The notes under the pieces are model-generated. The model saw only the letters and a list, made by a program, of their open reading frames with translations, made no database searches and was not told where the DNA came from. From Octopus bimaculoides (Eukaryota): a DNA stretch of 64,000 bases. Position 1 is the first letter of the stretch. Every line of letters starts with the position of its first letter. A program made the position numbers and the translations under genes. The stretch lies in contig NC_069005.1 in the NCBI RefSeq assembly GCF_001194135.2, positions 1,102,478-1,166,477 on the forward strand, given 5' to 3'. This document shows, piece after piece, positions 23,568-33,884 of the stretch.

Positions 23568-24094
23568 AGTGAGTTCAAAAAAGAAAAACGACAAAAAAAA
23601 ACAACAACGCGAAGACGTGAGACAGATATTGTGTTACTGGACGACGCTCGGGAAAGGAAAGAAAGAGAAGGATAAAACGTAAAGTTGACCTCAGCAAGGT
23701 TTGAACTCAGATCACACAGAACTGAAAGAGATGCTGCTAAGCACATTTTGTCCCACGCACTAACAATTCTGCCAGCTCACCATTTTGATATTCAAACATA
23801 ATAGCAGACATAGTGTATCTAGGATTATATCCTCGAATATGTCTTTCCCTTGTGTAATTCAAAAGAGCTTTAGTGACTATTTCTAGCAGGTCAAGTGACA
23901 GGTAAAGGTTCCATTGATGGCTAGTGTTAATAATCAGCAATTGCATACATATATATATATATATCCATGATTTAGTTCCATCTATTAGTAACACACACAC
24001 ACACAAAGTTACACAGATAACTTACCTCTTCATCTTCCTCTTCTTCATCCCAATTTCGGTCGTTCAGCTCTGACGTGGCATTACGTTTTGCCAT
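6864..24094 (-). CDS. NUP50: Nucleoporin Nup50 (Npap60), spliced CDS: join(24094-24026,12837-12754,12185-11753,10477-10238,10018-9922,8716-8601,7090-6864), 421 aa
   Basis: Manual splicing gives an uninterrupted 1266-nt frame with all introns GT-AG and phases 0,0,1,1,2,1. The N-terminus MAKRNATSELNDRNWDEEEE...KAKRR matches the Nup50 importin-alpha-binding segment. LKKLNKSVLQWMQQHVAKDPYCILTPIFKDYEKYL is the conserved central Nup50 block. The C-terminus is a RanBP1-like Ran-binding domain (CKLFY..[52 protein letters not shown]). Confidence 0.97.
7350..7570 (+). mobile_element. tRNA-head SINE (family starting GAGCTGGCAGAATCGTTAGC, ending ...AAAATTTGAAACC)
   Basis: Dispersed family with further copies at about 15850, 27970, 46395, 54550, 55310, 58190, 58360 and 59035; contains a B-box-like GAGTTCAAA. 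Confidence 0.75.
8601..8716 (-). CDS. NUP50: Nup50 coding exon 6 ([39 protein letters not shown])
   Basis: Acceptor ctattcatag|ATGC, donor TTAG|GTGGGT, phase 2/1; RanBD signature. Confidence 0.96.
9170..9470 (+). mobile_element. RTE-type 3' UTR remnant, interrupted at its end by the TA-flanked MITE
   Basis: Ends in GCAGGTGCCACTTAAAAGCACCCAG...GTGGTTGGTGTTA, the tail shared with other copies in the window (e.g. 29100-29280, 41140-41320). Confidence 0.55.
9472..9821. mobile_element. MITE with ~55-bp terminal inverted repeats and TA target duplication
   Basis: 9472-9527 is the reverse complement of 9766-9821 with few mismatches (TTCATGATGGCAGTATGTATGGGATTT...CTTTGGTATTTC); TA flanks at 9470-9471 and 9822-9823. 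Confidence 0.85.
9922..10018 (-). CDS. NUP50: Nup50 coding exon 5 (AVKGSNPDEEDEYVPPKAEVKEIKEEGSVYSR)
   Basis: Acceptor ttttgatag|CC, donor GAAG|GTGAGA, phase 1/2; EYVPPK..E..EE is the acidic lead-in to the Ran-binding domain. Confidence 0.94.
10238..10477 (-). CDS. NUP50: Nup50 coding exon 4 (S/T-rich, FGGFNFKP/FSF motifs)
   Basis: Acceptor ttcttgtag|AT, donor AATG|GTGAGC, phase 1/1; lies inside track ORF 10191..10496. Confidence 0.92.
11753..12185 (-). CDS. NUP50: Nup50 coding exon 3 (FAGFS motif, T/S-rich linker, conserved helical block)
   Basis: Acceptor gttgcag|GCA, donor TTAG|GTAAGA, phase 0/1; lies inside track ORF 11370..12191. Confidence 0.96.
12754..12837 (-). CDS. NUP50: Nup50 coding exon 2 (AGEFVAAKKEVLKQRNIIKAKRRSNIST)
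   Basis: Acceptor ttttttctag|GCT, donor ACC|GTAAGT, phase 0/0; carries the conserved basic KAKRR motif. Confidence 0.95.
13057..13222 (-). mobile_element. Short non-autonomous repeat, possibly Penelope-end-derived
   Basis: GTCGAAGAGCGTAGGCTCCAAACGT resembles a Penelope-type terminal motif; related sequence occurs at about 23560-23675. The family assignment is from recall. Confidence 0.35.
18607..18910. mobile_element. hAT-superfamily MITE, 304 bp
   Basis: Ends CAGGGGTTGGCAAAC and AAAAAGGTTCCTCGATCCCTG; exact 8-bp direct repeat CTTTAAGG at 18599-18606 and 18911-18918. Confidence 0.88.
20400..20700 (-). mobile_element. tRNA-head SINE of a third family (AAAGTG(C/T)CTTGCTCAAG core)
   Basis: Shares the core with copies at about 26180-26300 (+), 36480-36730 (-) and 63425-63560 (+). 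Confidence 0.6.
24026..24094 (-). CDS. NUP50: Nup50 first coding exon (MAKRNATSELNDRNWDEEEEDEE); exon starts at 24103 with 9 nt ahead of the ATG
   Basis: Acceptor ttgatcag|GAAGTAACT-ATG and donor GAG|GTAAGT. The acceptor implies at least one further upstream exon. Confidence 0.95.
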
Positions 24095-26955
24095 AGTTAC
24101 TTCCTGATCAAAACAAAAAGAAACAAAATAACATCAATATTACAGGGACTGAACCCTTATGTGGCCAACCCCCATTAGACTGCCTTTCCTTGTTTTATGA
24201 TATAAACTTCCTTGTTGTAAAGTGATCAAAATTAAAAGCTCTCAGAAAAATTTCAACAAACACCAAAGTTATTTCACTAAACTCTTTATTAATTTCCAAA
24301 ACCAATCAAAGTCTTCTTGTTCTGCCCTCAGAGCCAACCTGACATCTTGTCACCACCAACTTGTTCTCTCTTTCTGCTTTCATGCCAATTACCACCTTTT
24401 ATTCTAGTATAAAATGAGTAGCAATGCATCTCCTCTACAACAAAAAAAAAACCCTATTCTGTTCTGACCCCTTCCTTCATACTCTAACTTTTGCAACTCA
24501 TGGCATAAAGCTGCTTCCCTCTCAACTATAGCTCGATTCAGATGAAGAGGATCTTAATTTTGCAAGCTAAATGGCTACCTCACTAATGCTGGTGCCTCTG
24601 TAAAGTGGTTGACTTTAAAAGCCATTTTTATTTTTTCCTTTCCTCTTCAGACTCCTTTACTTTTTCTATCCTTGTTTTCTTTCCTTTCCTTTTTCTCCCC
24701 CTCCACCACTGACTCTTTGCGCTCACAGGCGAAACTTAGAATAACAGACTCAACCAAAATAGTGTGTGTGCGCGCACATACACACACACAATGGAAAGTC
24801 CCTGGGATTATACACTTAGAAAAAAAAAAAACTTTATTAATTTTTCCACTGTAATAATTAAATGTTTATAAATTACCTATTTACAAATCGTCTTTAAACA
24901 CATTGATTTTTAAACATTTAATTATTACAATGGAAAAATTAACAGGAAAGCCATGTCTATTCACTTTTTCAATTACATATCTACACACACACACACATAT
25001 ATAAAAAGAAAGGGTTGGTAGCATAGTCAGTCACTCCTTAAACACTTGATGCTGTTATATAACATAATGTAGTTTCTACTCAGCAGTTGCTGTGTAGCTC
25101 TAATCTATAGGATTCATAACTTGGAGCAGAAATCTAACCATCCTAGGACTGCCCTAAACATATACTAACCCAAACGCACACGCACACACACTTGCCTAAC
25201 AGCTCCAGTAACTCTATGTGGCAGAAACCCATTAAAGATTAATACTTATGCATCATGGTTCCCATACAAATAAATACGCAATTAGAGATAGATGCAAGCA
25301 GAAAGAATAAAAAGAGAACAGAGACTGAGTGAATGGCGTGTAGATTAAGGATAATTATTGCCAGCTATAAATACTTCACACTCCATTGCAGTAATGTTTG
25401 CATTGTATAAAACCAAAAAGCAACCTAAATGCTTGGTTGAATATTTTATATTCCTCTCCTTTCTAACCTATTATATGTCCCTTTACATATGCAACGGGTT
25501 GTTTTTTTTCTCCCCCCCCCCCCATCTGGTTTCCATCGATAACACTAACAGTTATATGAGTTTGTGATGTCTACATCTCTCTTGACAAGAGGTGAAGTGT
25601 TTTACATTTGCTTCTCCCTTTTTAACCACAGACAAACGTGTTAAATTTATAATGAGTATTATGAGATCATACATGCTAAATGGCTTTTTTTTCACCTGGC
25701 TCACCTGAGAGACTCAACAAAAGCAGAACTTATTATATTTGCTGTATCCAGACCAGACATGTGACAGGTGGGATCCACTTCCTAGTCACAGACGAGAGGA
25801 TTAGAATCCAGAGGGTATGTGTGTCTCTGGATCTGGATTAGTTGATTAGTGTGGACGGTGTAGGGAGAAGAGAGAAGAGATTTTGCAAGAGCTGAGAAAC
25901 TCCATTCTTCTTCTCAGATGAAGAGAGTACTCCACAGACATGGTTGGAGGCAGTCCTGACCCACCCCACCCCCACCATACACAAACTTATCCAAAGTTAT
26001 CAGATTCGTTGTTGTGTTTTCACCAACCCTGACCACCACCACTTTCCCATGATTTGGTTTTTATTCCCCAGATACTCCTGTTGCAACAACCGTGAAATGA
26101 GATCAATAACCAGTAAAGTAGGGGTCTGGGGACATAAGGATTTGCACCAAGAAGGGCATCAAGCTGCAGAATAGGGGCCGGTGAAGGCACATGGCCTAGT
26201 GGCTAGGGTACTCAGCACATGATCGTAAGGTCGTAAGTTCAATTCCCGGCAGTGTATTGTGTCCTTGAGCAAGACACTTTATTTCATGTTGCTCCAGCTT
26301 GTTCAGTCCCACTGTGTGGCACTTTGGCTAAGTGCCTTCTACTACAGCCCTAGGCTGACCAAAGCTTTGTGAGTAGATCAGGTAAACAGAAACTGAAAGA
26401 AGCCCATTGTGTGTGTCCTCGTCTTGACACCATTCCCAGTCTTGTCATCGTCATCATTTAACATCCGTCTTCCATGCTGGCAAGCCAGAGAACTCTGCCC
26501 AACTCCACTGTCTGCCTTTCCTAACACCAACCACTTTACAGAGTGGATCAGGTGCCTTTTTTTTCATGCGGTACCAGCACCAGAAAGGTCTACTTTGGCA
26601 TGGGTTTTATGGCTGGATGCCCTGCCTAATGCCAACCACTTTACAGAGCAGACTGGGTTCTTTTTACACGGTCAGCTTTTCGACCAAGAGGAAACAGGTG
26701 AGGGGTAGTGACAGGGAAGGCACCTGGCCATAGCAGATTCACCTCAATGAATTCTGTCTGAGCATGGAAAACTGCACATTAAAATGATGATGATGATGAT
26801 ATAACACAAAGACCTTATCCTTTTGTGGAGATGCAACAATTTCAATGCAAGGCTTATGGTGCATGTGCACATGTGGTGGTGTTGGAGGTGCATATCTGTA
26901 GAATGAAATGGAAATCTTCATTGCAGCTAGAGGAAAAGAATTAAAAAGAAAAGAG

Positions 26956-27054
<99 letters not shown>

Positions 27055-27911
27055 ACAACTACTGCGTTTTCATTATGTCTAGAATTCTGTTATTTCTGGT
27101 TTAACTACAATTGATTTTGAACAGTTTTCAACAGCTATTATTATTATTATTATTATTAATTTTATTATCATCATCCTCATTGTGTATTTAAAAGTACACT
27201 TACCTTCCCTACCAATTCCTTGCGCACTATTACAGCATCTCCCCGGCACTGAGAGTGAAAATAGCCACTGCAATATTTTTGTCTTTATTTAATCACACAT
27301 TTTAATCTTTCTCTCTGATAAAATTAACAGGGAAAAACAGCAAGTTCCCAATCAATGAAACTGTGTACAGCAGTGGAAGAAAACGATGACGGCAATGATG
27401 ATGACGACGGGAGTTGATTCAGTAAAAATTATACGAAATATTCCTTTCTATTTTTTTTCCCCCCTTTTTGTTACTAATTCTTTGAATAACCTACAATTCC
27501 CCGTCTGTCTGTGAGATTTCCATTAAGAAGAAAAAACAAAAACAAACAAAAATGTTAAAACCCCAAGGATTCCCACTTGTTGCAATTCATTATGTGGACT
27601 ACATTTAACACTTGGCCAACTCCCCCCCCCACTCACTACTAAAAGCAAATCTAATCGACACACAACCAATTTTACAAGCTACACACACACACACACACAC
27701 ACTCAGCTATATATACTCACACAATACATACACACTTACACAGCTATACACACACACTTAAAAATGCTTTCTGAATATTGCTCTTTGAGCCAGTCATGTT
27801 AATATAAAACATGTTAATACACTGCCTTACTTATGGTACAGACTATATAAAGCAGTTTATGTTTTTCTTTTCTTTTTCTTTCTTTTGCCATTGATCTGCC
27901 AGGAGTAAAGT

Positions 27912-27949
<38 letters not shown>

Positions 27950-28180
27950 CACTTGGTAGAATTATTAGTGTTGGACAAAATGCTCAGCGACATCGGTTCC
28001 TGGTTCTTTACATTTAGAGTTCAAACCCTGGCAAAGTTTCACTTTGCCTTTCATCTTTTCAGGGTTGATTAAATACAACAAAGCACTCGTCCAGTCTTGG
28101 GGTCAATGTAATCGACTGACTAAACCCCACCCCCGCCCCCTACAATTTCTGGCCTTGAGCCAGAATCTGAAACCATTTAA

Positions 28181-28296
28181 CCCTTTAACATTCAGATTAT
28201 TTTGTCACATGTAATGCTTTATTTATTCACATTGTTTTCAATTAATTATGCATCATCTCATGGCTTCGAAATGTTGATGTCATCATCATCATCACT

Positions 28297-28346
<50 letters not shown>

Positions 28347-28621
28347 ACCACCGTTTTCCATGCTGGTTGATGAGTTTGACAGAAGCTTGCAAGTCAGAAA
28401 GCTGCACCAGGCTTCATTTTCTTTTTTGTTGTTTTTTTTTGCCTGGTTCCTATGGCTGGATGCCCTTCCAAATGCCACCCACTTCACAAAGAGGATTGGG
28501 TGCTTTTTATGTGGCACCAATTCAGGTGCTTTGCTGGTGCCACAGATGTGAGAAGCTGGGTCTGGCCAGTTTGGACATAAAACAGGAAAAATATTTGGGT
28601 GGATTTGATGGTTTAAATGGG
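28181..28621. mobile_element. piggyBac-like MITE interrupted by a (CAT)n-tailed RTE-type SINE
   Basis: TTAA|CCCTTTAACATTC at the left end and GGG|TTAA at the right end. The flanking halves match the intact copy at 41950-42159, with an insert at about 28280-28550. Confidence 0.7.
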
Positions 28622-28869
28622 TTAAGGGAGCAGAATTGGTAGAGAATCGGACAGGATGCCAAGTGGCATTTCTTCAGACTTAAACCCTTCAAGGGTTTAA
28701 GTTGAACAAATCAATGCCAGTATCTATGTTTTCTTAAAGTCTGGTATTCATTCTATCGGTCTCTTTTGTTGAACTGCAAAGTACAGGGATGTAAACAAAC
28801 CAATATCAGTTGTCAAATGGTAAAAGTCATTATTTTAATGCCTATTGTACCAAGTTGTCAAGTGGTAAA

Positions 28870-29285
28870 ACAGGCCCATGGAGGGAACATGTGATAGGGG
28901 TAGACCCAGGAAGACGTGGGACAAAGTGGTGAGAAAGGATCTTCAGATGTTGGGCCTCACAGAAGGAATGACAGGGGACCAAGACCCCTAGTGGTTCGCT
29001 GTGCTTGAGGAGACATGTCAAGCTAAGTAAAATTGAGGCTGTCCTTGTATACAGGCATGACCCCTGCATCCCTCTTCAGCTGAGTGTTCCTAATCTTGCG
29101 GGTCCGTGGGTGATGGTGCCACGTAAAAGCATTCAGTACACTCTGTCAAGGGGCTGGCATTAGGAAGGGCAACCAGCTGTAGAAACCCTGCCAAAACAGA
29201 CATGGAGCCCTGGCAGCTCTTCAGCTGCTCAGCACTTGTCAAACGGTCCAACCCATACCAGCTAGAAAACGCATGTTAAATGATG
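28870..29285 (+). mobile_element. RTE-clade LINE 3' fragment
   Basis: Encodes EGTCDRGRPRKTWDKVVRKDLQMLGL, then the RTE tail ending in (GAT)n. Confidence 0.75.
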
Positions 29286-29820
29286 ATGGTAATGATGATG
29301 ATGACGACAACAACCTGAGATCTCACCTTGTCACTTCTTGGTTTTACCCTTCTGTCATCACACGATACTTCAGACATCTAAGACTGGCAGAGGAATAGAA
29401 AGAGAACCTGAATGAAACGGAGCTTTTCAAGACATACAAGCAATACAGGATCACCAGACAAGGTGTAGGTGTGTGTTAGCATTCACCTGTGTATGTTTGG
29501 GGTACAAGGAATTAATGACACTAATTAAACAAATGAGAAAGTGAACAGAGATTTATTTAATGTTCTCTCCTGTCACAAAGTTATTTCAACAAACAAGTCG
29601 TTAAGAAATTAATCCCATTATAATGCTGTCTTATCACAAAGATAGTCCAGTCCAGTCCGGTCTTAAGCCCATTAGTATTTTCACTTCGATACAAGTGGTG
29701 TTTACGGAAAAAAAAACATTAAAGAGGTTTACACAGATTATTGATGATGTGGTCATTACACAATGGAGGGACTGACCAACTCTACAACTATTGTAATAAA
29801 GCAACCAATATTATAATTGC

Positions 29821-29920
29821 TGCAAGACTGACCACCACCACTGACCACCACTGTTATTACTGCAAGACTGACCAGTACCACTGACCACCACTGTAATTAC
29901 TGCAAGACTGACCAGTACTA
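29821..29920. repeat. 40-bp minisatellite, 2.5 copies (TGCAAGACTGACCA...ATTAC)
   Basis: Units start at 29821, 29861 and 29901. Confidence 0.9.
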
Positions 29921-32067
29921 TAATGAAATATAGTTAAGCATTTTGTCCGGTGTGCCTATTAGCATGCTGGACATAATAATAACATGTATTACACTACTAT
30001 TATTGTCATCATCAATTTAACGTTCACTTTTCAATGCTTGCATGGGTCAGATTGAATCTGTGGAGGTTGATTTTCTATAGCTGGATGCTCTTCCAGTCAC
30101 CAACCTTTACCTGTTTTCAAAGAAGGTGAATATTTCCTTATGGCCAGACATGTTGACATGGAAGACTGGAGATGAAGGACACCTCTTGAATGATGGTGAT
30201 GCTCATTTACAACTCTCGTGATATCAAGGCCAAGACACACACCCATACATGACAAGCTTCTTTCAGTTTCCATCGATCAAATCCACACACATGGCTTCTG
30301 GCTAGCCTGGGGTTATAGTAGAAGACATTTGCCCAAGGTACCACCCAGTGGGACTGAACCTGAAACCACACTTGTGTCGAGAGAGTTCTGTGTTGTTTAG
30401 CAATGAAGTATTGACTTAACACAAAGCCAAGGTCCACTAATTAAAGGTACAGATGATTTAATTAACCCTGGGATATTACAGATACTTATTCATGCACTCC
30501 TCATGAAATGCAAAGTCAATCCTGGTGGAATATGGAGTTGCCAATGTAACAAGACGAGAGTCAGTAGAACCACCAAGCAAACGCTTGGCCATATTGCTTG
30601 TCCTAGTAACCAGAATATTATTGCAATATCTTGGCATTTTCTATTTCCAACGAGCTTTTTAAGTTTACAAGAATTTCAGCTGTCAATTTCGGCTTGCCTT
30701 CACTGACAAGATATTTCAACTAAGCAGACAAAGGAATTGATTTCTTCGCATTTTCAAAGAGTATTGAATGAAGTAGAAAGCAAATGAGTGGTAAAAGTAA
30801 GCACAGACAGAAGCCTTTCAGATGAGAAATTCCATCCAAACAGCAGCTTCCTTAAATGCTCTCTTCTTCTTCATTAATAAATAGGTAACACTTGACAGAT
30901 TGACAACCTGCTGACAATTAAAGCCAGAAGTCAACTGACAAAGGAGGAAGAGTGGGGGGGGTGGAGGTGAGGGAGTGGAGAAGAGAACTTAAGAGAGTGC
31001 GGGGTCGGGGAAGGAGAGAATTAGAGAAGAAACCAGTTTAATAAGGATTTGTGGATTAAAAAACATTTTACAAAGACAATGAAAATGTGAAGATTAATGA
31101 TGCAGGAAAGAAAAGAAAAACAGAAAGACATAAAACAAAGTGTTTTCAGGAAGATATTTGGGAATTGGTTCTCGGACAAAGAAACATTGGCCTTCACACC
31201 ATTTGGAAGAACTTTGATCCAATAAACAAAGGAAGAAAAAAAAAAATAATAAAAGACCCCCCACCACCACTCCCACCTGTCAGTTTGTTAATAAAAATCA
31301 CTTTGAATATATGATTAGTTATGCAAGTATTGAATAGCCTAAATGATTGAAATCATGTAATTAACCACAAAATGCAATTCACTAAATTTTGCATAATTGG
31401 CTATAAATTATATTTAAATATGGTTAATAAGGAAGGAATTCCAACCGTGTTTTGTGGTTTGCTACCTCAACGGCTCCTTTATAGGATCCAGTGGCTAAAG
31501 ACATCATCAGGAGGAACCACGTCTGGCTTCGGCCCCTACTCCTCTACCGTTTTCGATGTGGTGGGGCTCCCCCTTTCAGAGATGTCTTCAGTTCTGGTGT
31601 TGAGTGCATTTCCTCTTTCTCCTTCTTTCTTCTGTTCCCTGGCCTCAACGAGTGTCAGTGGGCGACTGATCATCCTGCCAAATTTCCCTTTAAATACTCG
31701 CTGGTAAGGTTCCAGCAGCCAGCACCAGCTTGTTGTCACATGACACTTTAGTTGGTCGATAAATTAAGTACCAGTTGCATACTGGAGTCAATNNNNNNNN
31801 NNNNNNNNTAGAAAAGAATATTTCGACATTTAATTCCCAATTTGTGTAATTTTTCTGCTGTGACATGACTCATCTCCCCTTGTATCCCTTTCTGCCGACA
31901 TCTGAGCACTCAATAGCTTGAGAAATAAATATTTAGACTAACAGCAAACACACAAAGGCAGCCTTAGAATTCATAAAGTTCTGCTCACTTTACTTAGCGA
32001 CACAAAAGCACTCAGTTTATTCTGTATGTGCGTGTGTGAGAGAGAGAGAGAGAGAGAAGAAGGAAAA

Positions 32068-32212
32068 GGAGGTAATCAGAATTTTGGATAATTATTTATT
32101 TAGTCCTTTCATCTCGTTACATGAGATTAATCAGGCATCTCATTCCTGATTGAATCTCTGAAACAAGATGAAAATGCTAAATAAATAATTATCCAAAATT
32201 CTGACTGCCTCC
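32068..32212. repeat. Long fold-back inverted repeat (~60-bp stem, 9-nt loop)
   Basis: 32076-32103 is the exact reverse complement of 32177-32204; inner pairings continue to the loop CATCTCATT at 32136-32144. Confidence 0.9.
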
Positions 32213-33011
32213 CTTTTCTTGATATATCAAATCTGTACACCACTTCAAACAATCTACACACACACACACACACACGTAAACGAAGATATTGTAATTAACA
32301 CGGCAGTGAACTGGAATGCACACCTAATACATACGGGAAAAATATCACACTGAAAAACTTCTAAAAGGTTCAAACACGTGACTCTAAACATGAGATTGCA
32401 TTACTTTCCCACTGAGATATACAACAGATTTCATGCTCTAGTCCTTATCCTACACTCTAACATCATCATCACCATCATTTGACATCCATTTTTCATGCTC
32501 GTAAGCTGGAGAGCTGCCCCAGACTCCAATTGTCTGTTGTGGCATGGTTTCTACAGTTGGATGCGCTTCCTAATGTCAACCACTTTACAGAGTGCACTCA
32601 ATGCTTATCGTGTGGCACTTACATCGGTGCTTTATACATGGCACCAGAACAGATGCTTTTTATGTGGCACCTTCAGGGATCTTTTTATGTGGCACCAGAA
32701 TGGATGTCTTTTACATGATGCCAGCACAGGTGCTTTTTTTTTTTACATGGCACCAGTCTCTTATAATATTTTTTTTTATAACAAATTGTGCTCCAAAAGT
32801 AAAATACTTCAGTTGAAAGAAAATGAGACAAGTTTATATTTGGTGCAGTTCACTTAGATAAATTAAAACCATTTTTCTTCTTCAGCTTTCTATTTCTTCA
32901 GGAAAAAAAAAACCCCAGCAAACATGAAAGGATATTGAAATCAACAAATTTGGCTGATGCTGTAGAAATGGTTTTTTAGTGATATATTTGTAGAAAGTAA
33001 TGTAATGCAGT

Positions 33012-33042
<31 letters not shown>

Positions 33043-33595
33043 GGGGGAGGACAAAGTGGAAATGTTGTACTAACTTAAAATTAGGTGTCTGTAACTGAAA
33101 TCTTCAATAATAAATGAAACTTGAAAACCACTTTTGATAAAAAAATATACTAAAGTTATCATTTTTAACGATTTTCTAAACAGTGCTTCTTTTAGTAATA
33201 GTTACACATTCCAGACTAATTAATAAGCAGCTTTCTTTATTATAGTATAGATAACGATAATTAGTAACTGCTGTTTGATGTAACATGACTTCTAAACTGA
33301 TATATCAGAACTGCATTTTATGTTTATTTGTATACATGTCTATGATGTGTCAGCTCATATCTTTCCTTTTGCTATCAGAGATCGTCAACATGGAAGTCGT
33401 ATCAAGTCAACACTGAGTGTTTGGTGAAAATATTTTGGTTTGCAGAAGTCCAAACTGTTGTTTAGTCACAGAATTGCCAACAGGAAATCACTGCAGTGTG
33501 TCTGTCTCCAGCGAATCCAAAAATTAGCAGATTTCCCAGGAGTTTAACTGCAGCAGCAACTGCTCTACTCCATATTGAGCAAATAGACAGTTTAA

Positions 33596-33884
33596 CCCTT
33601 CGGTGACCATATTCCTAACCAGAATACATTCCTTATGTGTGTTTTAATTAATTTTGAAAATAATTAATCGGTTTAATTCTTTATATACAAAACTGAGATC
33701 GCCTCTGTGTCTATGATACCAACTTTGTTATTTCAAATTAAAACACTTCTTCAAAATTCCAGGTTAATTTAAATTCCAAATATTAGCTTAATAATGACAA
33801 AGTCATTTTACTATATTCTTCATATTTCCAAAATTAATGGAAACAAAGACAGTATATGCTAACAGTGATGTAGTAACAAAAGGG
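33596..33884. mobile_element. piggyBac-like MITE (second family), degenerate right end
   Basis: TTAA|CCCTT left end and AAAAGGG right end; related AT-rich bodies occur at about 7255-7350, 20800-20900 and 51505-51720. Confidence 0.5.

Noticed and set aside
32600-32760. Repeated TTTTATGTGGCACC units with variable spacers, superficially CRISPR-like (also the 40-bp repeat at 29821-29920)
   Set aside because: These are slippage copies of a SINE/RTE tail and a plain minisatellite; there are no unique spacers and no cas genes, and the context is eukaryotic.
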